Below, piece after piece: positions 27,911 through 39,791 of a stretch of 64,000 nucleotides of DNA (its first letter is position 1; the number at the start of each line of letters is the position of its first letter). The DNA is taken from assembly GCF_022539665.2 (NCBI RefSeq), contig NC_081334.1:1054001-1118000 (forward strand), read 5' to 3'. This DNA comes from Daphnia carinata (lineage: Eukaryota). The translations under genes and the position numbers were made by a program. A model generated the notes under the pieces. That model saw nothing but the letters and a program-made list of their open reading frames with translations, was not told the origin of the DNA and made no database searches.

Positions 27911-29468
27911 TTAAGATACCTCTTTTGCTACCAAATATTTAATCGTATCGAAAGCGGCCACTAGAGATCCCAGTTGCAATTTTTCGGAACATCCAGCAGA
28001 TAGACGACATTCAACATCTGCCATTTTCTCCAGTAAAAAGATTCTGACGTTTGGAGGGAAATCAACTATAACCAACCATCCAAGGATTAAGTCGATGAGA
28101 AGAACACAATGAAATGAAATAAAATTTTAAAATGTAGAAAGAGAAGTACGTACTTTTGTGAACATACAAGTGGATTTCCGTTAAGATGTCTTGCAAAGCG
28201 AGACCTTTAAAAGTCTGAAGATCCCGTATTTCTGTATAACAGGGAAAACACATAAGGAACCATTTAAATGTCTGCATTCATGTAAAATGAAAGACCAACA
28301 AAATCAAATTTAACTTGGATTAAATACAGGTGACTTTTTTTTCACCACCGAAAGCTGTACCGATCAACAGAGGAACAAAAAATTTTCTTACTGCTGTAAG
28401 CCGATGTTAAATCTTCGTTTAGCATCCAAGAAATAATATTGGCAATATCTGATTTAAGGGGGTGGCCTTTAACACATAAAAAAAAAGTCAATATTTTCCT
28501 TGGGAGTACCACGAGAATATAATTTCGTACCGACGCAAGTATAGACATTCTCTTCATTCACCTCCTCAAAAGCCATTGAAGTGCTTTGAAGAATGTTGAT
28601 GACTCGACGCATATCTCCATGAGCTAAGCTCAATAGCGCTTGGCGGCCATCTTCTGTCACTTTAAGCCTACAAAATGAAAAGATTTCAACCACAAATAAA
28701 ATTAAGATATTGATTGGTTACACAGTTTCCATTTACCTTTCTGCTTCGATAACGTAGTTCATTCGAGGTAGAATTTGATCTGATTTAAGCGGGCCAAATC
28801 GAAAACGAGTGCAACGTGACTGTATGGCTGGTATAATTTTGCTCATGTAATTGCATATGAGACAAAATCGAACATTTTCAGTGAACTTCTCAATGACTAG
28901 AAATTTGATTTAAAAAGTGAAAGTCTGATATTATTGGTCATTTGCATTAAACTCACCTCTTCTTAGTGCATTCTGTGCATCATTTGTCATGGCATCTGCC
29001 TCATCTAGGATAATAAGTTTGAAACCAGATTTAAAGATTGATCTTGTGCTGGCAAAACTCATAATTTGATTGCGCACAACATTGATACCCCGGTCATCAG
29101 AGGCATTTAACTCTAAAACCTACAACATCAGGAAGAAAACAGATTTTAAATGCAAAATAGTAATAATAATAATAACACTTACCATAGAATTAAATTGTTG
29201 GGGAGTATAAAGCTCTTTTGCACATGCTAAAATAGTGCTTGTCTTTCCTGTGCCCGGTGGTCCATAGAAAAGTAAGTGAGGAAGTCTATTTTCATGTATG
29301 AATTTGCGTACTGCATATTGTTACCAAAAAAAAGTTGAATGCATCGGAAAGTTTGTTCTGACAGAATAAACAAGTACTTGTCGAAATTATATCTTGATGC
29401 GAAATCAAGTCATCCAATTGTTTTGGCCGATATTTCTCTACCCAGGGTAGGTTTGCAGGGGATGTCAT
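27911..29468 (-). CDS. RFC5: Replication factor C small subunit (RFC5 / yeast Rfc3 type)
   Basis: [32 protein letters not shown] (Walker A), [58 protein letters not shown]; stop TAA at 27911-27913. Confidence 0.92.
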
Positions 29469-30224
29469 CGTAAATTTCTAAGAAAATAAACTGTGTTCAG
29501 CGTACGATTGCGCCGTATTCGTTTACAAGTACCGTAATTTGTTGTACGTTTACGAAAAATTTCCAAAAAAATTCCGAAAAATTTTACGTTAGCCACAAAT
29601 GTCGTCTACTTAGACAAGCAAAATCCCGCCAAATTATTTTTACTGGAATTTTTGGTTGGAACGTGGGATTAATTTTGGCAGCATTTCACGATGCACATAT
29701 TCAGTTATTGTTTTCTAAAAACATGTTTCTCTTCAGACAAAGCTGTTTAAGAATAAAATTAATTGCTTATTTTTATTATCATCAGTATATTTATGATATT
29801 ATCAAACTTATAATTTCTTCACACCGCAACGCAGCTTCCTTGTACAGCCCTTGTAGTACTCCGCAGAACTTAGCTCCAGAAAGCAATCCGCGGACTATCG
29901 TTTTGTACAGGTCTTATGGGTAAGAATTGACGGTCCAAAACTTATACGGTTGTGATGGCATTAGTTATTGTTGTTATGGCGTCTGCGAAATCGAAACACT
30001 GTGCGTTTTCCTTCCTCTAAATCCCGTGGACTTCATAAATGGGTTTTTAAAACATTATATATTATAATATCAGTATACAAGTCGGCGGGTGAGGAGGCCT
30101 TAACAGAATCATGTTTTGTCATAATTTGATGAATTTGAATGTTGATTGTGGCATCTGAAAAAAAAAATGCAATTTCGTACTTAAGCTTCTGCAATAACAA
30201 AGTTCTAGCTATCCACCCTAAAGT

Positions 30225-33200
30225 ATGGATACTGGTGCCAAGAAAGCTGTGGCTGAAGCCAACAGCTGCAACATTATTCAAACCCTTTTAGATATTAGTG
30301 CAATGATTGACATTCACGCTAAACATCTAGAGGGCTTGAGAACACAGTGCTCTACCAGTGCTGAATTAATTCAACAAGAAATTAGGACCATAGAGGTAAG
30401 ATTCTTTTTCAAAAATAAATTGGTATATATTTCAATCATAATGTTAACAGGGGAAACTAGTCAAATTATTCAGTAAACAATTAGTTGCAAAAGCCAAAAT
30501 TTCCACTGAGGGACTACCATCTGAAGTCAGAAATATCCCTTCAATTAAACAATGGCTGCAAGTTGTAGGAATTTCCCAACCATCAGTTGAAGCTTTATGT
30601 GCCAAATTCCACTCACTGGAGTCCCTGCAAGAACTTTGTGATCATGAAATTAGAAGGATCTTTAATGAATGTTGTGCTAAGGAAGATGAATATCGAAGGT
30701 TGGTCAGAGCCCTTCAAAGTGTCAAAAGATACACAGGTAACATTAATTTGTATAACTCAATGTAACTTATTGTTTAAAATGAAACTTGGGGTTTTAGAAG
30801 TTTTGGTGCATAATGAAAAGGAAGGCAGTAGTGGGCGGACGACTCCCGATCTAGCACTTTACTGGGATTCATGGGATAATGTTACACATGCTTTGTTGCC
30901 AACTACAAGCATCCCGCAAAATGAAAATATCATGCACAATCCATTAAACGTTCAAAATGTACATACGGTTCATGAAACTATTCCGCAAACGGCTCCAGAG
31001 AACCGCAGTCCACCCTCCACACCATCGGTTCTAAAAGGAAGAGGTATCATTACTAAGTCTTATTTAAAGTAAGTTCCCCGACAAATAAAAAAAATTTGTA
31101 TGTCTTTTCTACAGGAGACCGTATGAAATTTCCTGCTACTCCGCCGCCTCGCAAAAAAAATCAAGTTATTGGTGGGGCTGCACCAGTGTTGACCGATTTC
31201 CCTCTGACGAAGTCTACCTCTCATGAATCCCAGCTAGCCAATAGAATCGACGGAAATGACGTTGTCAGGTGACTATTCAATATTTTTACAGTTTCAACGC
31301 AAATATCACGGTAGATGTCGACAAGTGAAAAGTGCCTTGTGATAAGTTATGTTTTCCCATTATTAATGTCGCACGTCTTCATCAAGGATAGTTCTCTATG
31401 ATGTACCTGTGTTTCAGGTTTAGCATGAATACTGATTTTTTTTCCTTTGTAATCTTTTTATTCATCCCTCTCCCCTTTTTGCTCCTTATAACTAACTATT
31501 ATTTTCTTTAACGTAAAAATGGATTCTAATGGCTTGTGTGGCTTGCTGTTTGGAATTTTGTTAACAAAATCAATCAACCTTTTTTTTATACCCGTGATAA
31601 TTAAATTCCGTGATGTGGCGCTTGGATGGGTGGTGGGCATGTTAACTCTTTATCATAGTGGTGCGAATACTATGCTTTTGTCCCGCTTTCGTCGTACCAA
31701 ACCTAACGCTTATTGGCTGGGACGCAGCATGGAACACTTGGCGGTGACTGGAAGCAGCTCTCCTGTACCAACTTCGAATAGCAACTTACCTGGAACATCG
31801 ACGGCTAATACCATGCCATCTTCTTCAACGCCATCCAAAGGGCGCCACCGTTTGGCTACCGATCCTTGCAACGTAGTCGACGACTCCAATGACGAAATTC
31901 CCAAAAGTAAAACATACTCATGTGTAGCAACTACGAGAATCTTGTAGATATTTAATCCTTTAAATTTTGATCTCGTTAGCAACTGTATCCACCCCTAAAT
32001 CGCCTCGGACCCCGACCGTTGGTGGGCCGGCTGTTATGGCCCATACCATCAATCACCGCTTCACTATGACGTTCAAGATGTTGACTGTCTGTGACCTCTG
32101 TTTGAAGCAAATGTTCATAGGCAAGTGACACCCGTAATGAAATCTAGTTTCAATGCGTAGTCAACTTTTTTTTTTCTTTTCTAGGTCTTAAATGCAAGGA
32201 ATGTAAATATAAATGCCATAGAGATTGCGCTACTAAAGTACCACCGTCATGTAAACTTCCACCTGGATTTATTGATTATGTTCGCCAGTGTATCAGTGAT
32301 GGTAAGAAAAGGCTCTTCTTCCAATGAAGTAGCTGTCCATATATAAAAATGATGTTTTCAAATAATAAATTATTTTTCAAGGTCCCCAAACACCAATTCT
32401 ACAGCGAACGGCTGGAATGAATAACGCGATTGGCAATAGTATAATGTCGGTGCCATCTCCGTCGATGATCCGCCTCACGCCTCATGACAAGAAAAAATCT
32501 AGAACACAGCCAGCCATTCACATGAATCAGGGTTTGAGATTATTGGAATAATTATCATTCATTTAGCCTATAAGTTCAGGCTAAATATAAGTGGTTTCGT
32601 TAGTGTTTCAATGTGAAATTTTTCATTTAAAACTCTCGTTTTAGGAGGTGGATCTACATCGGTACTAGGCTTTGGTATGGGCTCTTCTCATTTCGATTCA
32701 AGTTCTACGACATCCAGCTGTAGTAGCTCAACGCCATCAAGTCCGGCATTAGCTCTACCGTCGCATATTTCTGCCAACCACACACCAACATCAGCATCAC
32801 AAACTATGCAGTTCCGTTTTCCTGGTAAAAATTATAAACGAAATTACGCAACAATAGAATTTTATTGGGTTGCATGAACCAAATCTTAGACGTCCGTCAA
32901 GCTGATCGAGCCCAGAGTGTGGAGACATTACTATCACCGTTATTTCATATGCCTCAGACATCGAAACCCATTCAGCGTATTTCCATCATCAGTGCAGTCA
33001 TTAGTAGAAGCCCAGGTAATTTTGTAAGATAGTATTCGATGAGCAAATGTAGAATGGTGATCGATGTGCTAAACTAACCGATTTCCAGTACCAGTTAACC
33101 TCCCAGCCAATAACTCTACAACTGCTCAGACATCCCAAGATCCGAACAAGACCGTCTCAGTTTCTGGCCTCTCTGGTACTTCTGGATCAAATTCGACTAG

Positions 33201-34578
33201 CACCGATTCAGAGCGCACCTACAGGGTTGACTCACAGGATAGTCAAATCTCTGACACGGAAACATCAGGCGACCGTCATTGGCCTCGCCAAAATAGCGTT
33301 CGTGTTGAAATCTAAATTATTTTTAATACGAACAAATTTTTGATTGCAAAATTTATTGCTTAGTTGTCGCTTCGAGAATGGGACATTCCGTTTCACGAAT
33401 TGGAACTTCGTGACCCCATTGGTCAGGGTAGGTTTGGAACTGTTCACCGGGGCATTTGGCATGGCAACGTGGCCGTTCGACTCTTGAATATGGATCAGAT
33501 TGGTGATGAAAAAGTTCTTGAATCATTCAAACTCGAGGTCAGATATTGAGAATGTTAAGTTTTTTTTTCTACCGTGCTAAACTTTTAAATGTTTTCTATG
33601 AATAATTTAGGTGGCAACTTTTCGTAAGACACGCCACGAAAACTTGGTCCTGTTTATGGGCGCATGTATGAACTTACCAACCTTAGCACTCGTGACGAGC
33701 ATGTGCAAAGGCCTAACATTGTATACACACCTTCATTTGCGCAAGGATAAGTTTTCCATGAACAAAACAGTCATTATTGCCCAACAAATATCCCAGGTTT
33801 GTAGACTAACAATTAAAGGCACGGTTCAGAACTAGCTGCATCATTGTTTATTAATTTACTTATTCGTGACGTTGCACCAGGGAATGGGCTACCTTCATGC
33901 ACGCGGAATCATTCACAAAGACTTGAAATCCAAAAATATTTTTTGGAAAATGGAAAAGTCATTATTACGGATTTCGGCCTCTTTAGTGTCTCAAAACTTT
34001 GCAAAATCCATGGGTCAGTCATAATTGAAGCAAACGCTCTTTTTATAGCGTCGAAAACAGTGTTGATTGTTTATGTTGCTCGGCTTTCAGGAGGAGGGAT
34101 GCCCTTAGCATTCCACCAGGTTGGCTGTGTTACATGGCACCAGAGGTGATGCGTAGTTTGAGGCCTAGCAGTAAAGAGAACGACGAGCTTCCTTTTACAA
34201 TGGCTTCTGATGCCTACGCATTCGGGTATTACCGTCATACAGGAGATAGTTCTCTATTGGCTCTAATTCGAATTCATAATTATTTGACTCTGAAGGACGG
34301 TTTGGTACGAGTTACTGTGTGGCGAGTGGCCGTATAAAGAACATTCTCCAGAAGCCATGATTTGGCAGATCGGCCGCGGTATGAAGCAGTCGCTGGCCAA
34401 TCTTCAGGCTTCTCGTGACCTCAAAGATATCCTTATGGAATGTTGGGCGTTTGACGTTAAGGATCGAGCAGAGTTCAGCAAGATACTCAAGATACTCGAG
34501 CGGTTGCCCAAAAAACGTTTGCTTCGTAGTCCATCTCATCCGGTTCATCTTTCAAGATCGGCCGAATCGGTTTTCTAA
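30225..34578 (+). CDS. KSR: Kinase suppressor of Ras, copy 1 (full-length span; 1-nt deletion in the kinase exon as assembled)
   Basis: CA1 (LEGLRTQC...[19 protein letters not shown]), Pro-rich [10 protein letters not shown]1 domain ([19 protein letters not shown]), Ser-rich FRFP site, kinase GQGRFG / VAVR / [17 protein letters not shown] / HKDLKSKN / ITDFGL, C-terminus [17 protein letters not shown]. Confidence 0.92.
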
Positions 34579-35412
34579 TCATATTCCTATCATTCACTCA
34601 ATGCAGTGCTTGGTATGTAGCTAATGAAATTTTCTATTTTAATCAAGATAAAGTGACTAATGGAATAATATCCGAATTCACCGTGGTAGTGCATCGGTTG
34701 GTTATATTTTGTCGGTGATAGCCCAACAAAATCTGGTTAACATTTTTTTTCCAACTTAAAAACTCGACATTTAGGCGAAAGAACCGTTATATAGCGAATC
34801 TTTCGACTTGTTGCTACTCATATTGTGCATTCTAGTAATTTAGTTGACATGTGCCAGTAATGATAGATAGTAGGCGCGCCGCTCATTTAGTCCCTGCAAC
34901 CTCTCCCCTTGTATGTGCCTGTCAATAAAACGTTTCAGTCAGTTCTGATTTTTCTTCGGCTGTACAGGTGACAAAGATCAGTTGATTGCGTCAGTTTCAA
35001 ATCCCGTTACGTTTCAGTTGACCCCTTCAGTTAATAATCCCGTTACGCCAAACATATTTTCTGTTCTTGTTCGTGTTTTGTTTTATAAGGTACGCTTACA
35101 CAATACGACCGTTAGTATTGCACTAAGCATTCTTCTTTAATTCGTCGCTGGTGTTAATCTACTGGAAAGTTGAACATTTGTATGTGTAAAAATGATAGCA
35201 TAAATGGTCGACCTTTTTTTTAATTTTTGTTGTTTTCCGATTCCGTGTGTATTTTACTTTTTTTTTTTTATCTGTCACCAATGAACTTTTTCACCATCAA
35301 GAGATTGGCGATATTTAATGGCATGCATTTTCGAAAATAACTCCCAATCTTCGTTCAACCCAATCCGAGCGTAAAATGCCAGCCCTTCGGATGTCGTTAC
35401 AGCATAAATTAA

Positions 35413-37276
35413 TTACAAACGAGACGGCTGATTGGTCTTCTTGGGTAATTTCGATTCCAATTCGAAATTCACCTGTTCGGTATAAATATCTGTAATTGAG
35501 ATGCTCCGGCTGGCACTAGGTATGTATCTAGAAAATTTAAAAGTAATTAAAAAATTAATTTAGATGCAAATTCTGCTGGCAAAACGTTTAGCAAAATGCT
35601 TATGAAACTTAATAATTGCATATTATTAACCAAGCTCAACTCGGTTTGCATTACCCTTCAGCGAAAGACTGGATTGTGTATCTGCCAGGACTCAACAGAC
35701 GCCAGTATTCTCCTCTTTCTGTAAATAGAAAACTGACTTCTGATTTATATTCACCTAAACATCTAAACAAACAGGTACCGGTGGAAGTGATGTTCTTATC
35801 GATTCCGAGAACATGGACGTACGCATCTCTGATGGGTCGTTTCGTATCTTTGTCAATGATTAATCCTATAATCATAAATAGTTTATTTGACTATTTGCAA
35901 ACTAATCTTTTGTTTTCTTAATTTTTTACGAAAATTGACAACATAACATACCCCGTACTCCGTGATGCGTAGAGGCAATGTAATTTAATAGAGGTTTGCG
36001 ATTGTGATCCCATTCAACAGGCAGGTCCGAAGCAGGAGCATATTTGCAACACGACAATTCCAGTGTGATTTCAAAAGAGTTCGAGTAGCGGTAGTTGAAA
36101 TCCTGCATTCCGCCTTTAAGATCGTACCAGCGAGCTCCGTTCGTTATTCCGTCTGCGAATCCGACATCACAGGTATCAGCTTTCTTCATAAGAGGGTGAC
36201 GATCGGCGTAATCTTGGGATAGCTTGCGGAATACCTTATCGTCCGGAGAAGCGCTATAAAAGCCTTGAACTTGATCAGTGCTGAAATAAATTTAGGTAAG
36301 CGTTTTAAAAAGACAAAGTATTAGAAGTGTTTAACGTAGATGTAGTTTGATATGTTTAGGTTGCTTACCCAGAGCCGTCGTAAGGATAACTTGCTACAAC
36401 AGCTCCTCCATGCAAACTGGCAGAAAGGACAAAGGGATTGTTCTTAATCCACTGAATGAGAGCTTGCGTTTCGGCAGCCCTGTTTTGCAACAGTTCACTT
36501 TGGCTTCTAAGTAATTTATCTTCTGGTTTTAACGGATCGGGAAAATCACGATTGAGATCGATGTTTTTGGCATTCAAACGGCCTCCTTCTGGTCCACCTG
36601 ACCAGCAATCACCTTCCTGATGAGACAAAGTAACATAATTATCTATTTGTCTTAACTAATTCTTGCAAAGTTTATGGCAAATGTGAAATCATTTCGAAAA
36701 TGGCGCTTACTCGGGCTTTAACGAAGCCATCAGGATTCATGGAAGGCAAGAAGAAGATGTCAGTGGTGTTCAAAAGACGAGTGACGTGTGGATCCACGTT
36801 GTCTTTTTGAATCAAATGCGAGATAGTGCGAAGCAATAATTGACGTCCAACTACCTCATTTCCATGGATATTGCCAACCTGTAAAAGAAGTTCATATCGT
36901 ATTCTTTCTCATATCAAACTCAAAATAACAAAAGGGTGGAAACACTTACCAATTTAACCATAGGCATCAGAAGATCACGTTCACCCCTACCAACTGAATG
37001 GCTCAGTTCTAGTACGAGAAGATCGCGTCCTTCCTCACTCTTTCCGATTGAAAAAGTTTTAGCTTTGTTTGGGTAACGACGAGCTATACTCTGAAGCCAA
37101 GTTATCATTTCCTCGTGAGTAAGGTAACGATCGGCTGGCACGTCATCGTCCATTTCCGGATTGAAATCATCCTTGTTGTTGACTTCCTCGGTAATCGAAG
37201 TCGTTGGCAAACTCAAAACGGCCAACGTCAAAGTACTTAAGACTAACAAGCTGGTCCAAATCACGTTGACGATCAT
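35413..37276 (-). CDS. Secreted single-domain M14B (CPD/CPM/CPN-type) zinc carboxypeptidase, copy 1
   Basis: Signal peptide [108 protein letters not shown], transthyretin-like [10 protein letters not shown]. No TM anchor seen. Confidence 0.9.
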
Positions 37277-39791
37277 GATGTACGTTTTGGACACGACTGC
37301 CTTAGTCGAAGTGGTGCGTCCAACTGAGCTCCACAAGTAAGAGCGGTCGTGATTTACCTTGGCGAGAAGTAGGAAGAAAATAATATAAGAGATAAATGGA
37401 GGCGACTCACCTGTTAAGTCCCGACCTTGAATCCGTCTGTTGTTCTACCAAAATTACGAGTGTAACGTCTTAGCCATGGGGCATATCATCCCTCCGAGAA
37501 AGTGGATCCCCATAGTCGAATTCCTTAATTTTTTTTGTTTTATGTCTTAACTTCAGGCGGAATGGAATCTCTGAAACCAACAAGTTTTAGTCCTCGTTAC
37601 TAAGCTCCTCAGCGGCACAACAATGAAATGGAAACAAAAGAAATCGTTTCCCATGTTTCTGGTTTTTACTTTTTTTTTTTAAGTTGTCGCGAAGTCCTAA
37701 GGGCTTTCTTTTAACCAAACTTGGCGGCGTTGGCTGCAAACTTGTTCAAGGAACATGGGTTGCTTGTCTTGTTTAGTGCGTTTTCCCGAGCATTCAGAGC
37801 AGGGCGTTCAACTGATCTCTGGCGTGGATACGAGGGAAAAAACATTTGTGACCTTGGAGTATGTGGCTTTTTCTTGAGAAAGATGAAAGCCGAAAACCAG
37901 ATTTCCCACTTTGTTCTGTTTTTCACTGCCATAAAAGGGATTCCCAGAGTTCAAATGGTAAAAATAAGGCACCAAGTCTCTACGAAACACGTTTCCAATC
38001 ATCTCGTTTTTCTCCTCTTTAGCTATACCGTTATAAAGTCTAGATGAACTGGCAAACGTCTGTAAACACATCTTCAAGACTGAAACCATCACGCCTGCAG
38101 TAAAACGAGCCCTCAGGTACAAAGCGTTTCTATTTACACATTGACTTTCGGGAAGGTTACGTCTGCTAGAAATGTGATAGCCACCTGTCCCGGGTGTGAC
38201 GCGAACAGCATGAATCGCCTAAAAAGTAGACGAAGTGTGAAATTCATTATCATAACCTGAGGTGATAAGTCTATACTTGAAATAATCGTGTGTGTCATTA
38301 GATTCGCTATCTTAATTCTACGGAGACGTTTAATTTTTTAACACAGTTTTCATGTAAGATGGCAATTAGTCTACGTATCGACGACAAGCACGTGACGTTA
38401 AAGTGCAGAAGAAAAGTGATTGGAGCTAAAAAGCGGGAAAGAAATTATTGAGAAACACTTCCTTGATTTCCTCTTACGCCCAATGCAGCCAAACTCGTCT
38501 CGCTCTTAACATAATAATAATTATTGCACCTCTTCACGACAAAACGCCGTGATGCATCAACTCACGGTCGAACGTTGAAATGGCCCCAAGGTTTTTGTCA
38601 AAGACATTCTTAAGCATGTTAGATTCGTTTTCTTTTTTTGCCAAGATAGCCGTTGATGGTCAAGTTCCAAAAACTAAGGGTGGGTTTTCGCATTCAACCA
38701 AATCATTGCTAAGGTACAGGTGTCTTTTATATTTCAATGCCTTTTCTGAAAGTTCTGAAAGAAAACAGAATACCTCCTAACTCTGGTTTGCGGGATAAAT
38801 GGTTTGTCTCTTACATACGGTTTATTTCTGTGAATGCCGTAAAAATTGGGTCTTCTGTGAAGGCTTAAATAGGGTTTCAAAGTTCGAGCAATAGAAACTG
38901 TTGGAAACAATTTTTTGTTCTTGCTAGGGAGGTGGGTAAGATGCTCGATAAGATTTTTCAGATACGGTGGTTGCTAGATGGCGTGTTATGTAGACTGACG
39001 TAGTACTACATCCTGCCGTTGTGCTACATCCTGACGTAGAGGGAAGGTAAATACGGGTCACAAACATAACATTTTTTTGCGTTATTAGAAACTTTCAAAT
39101 TTTGCTCTTTAAAAAAACATTTTCTTAGTCCAGCAATTAAACTCAGATAACTCAATAAATGCTGGGACAGTTGACGCAAACTAATAAAACTCTTTGATTA
39201 TGATGAAACAGGATTTCTTTCATTAAGGGAGTATCAAACAGCTAATATAAGGGCTTGGCCTCTTGTATTTCTACGCTTTCCTTGCTGACCTTTGTGTCTA
39301 CGTTAGGCTGGCTCCGCTACGATGCAACTGATTCACCTTGTAGTACGTATTAAGTGCAGTGGTGGACGTTTCAAGTTCAGCTAGGGATAGGAAATCTATG
39401 GTTTACCCCATGGTTGAAAGTGTGGCAAGGCTGCCATCTCCTTGCCAGCCGTCCTTAACGTGCCACCTCGTACCGACCAAATCGAAATGGCACGGAGTAG
39501 CTCCGAGGTTAGCGAAACTTAAACCAGTGTTAGCTCTCTACGACTCATGCGCATCTTTATTTTTGCAACAATGATTGTCGTTTCCGTTTTTCTTAAACTT
39601 AAAGTTATTCGCAATTGTGTTTTCCTCTCCTATCATGCGTTGTCAAAGTTAAGGGTACATCAATGCACAAACACTGCGTGTATTAGGCAACCGTACGATT
39701 CGGAAATAATGTTCCAATGTCATTCATTCCAGTGCATTCGGCAAGAAAATGTTGGCCTTTTCCTGCTACATCCACTTTTGCATATGGTCCT

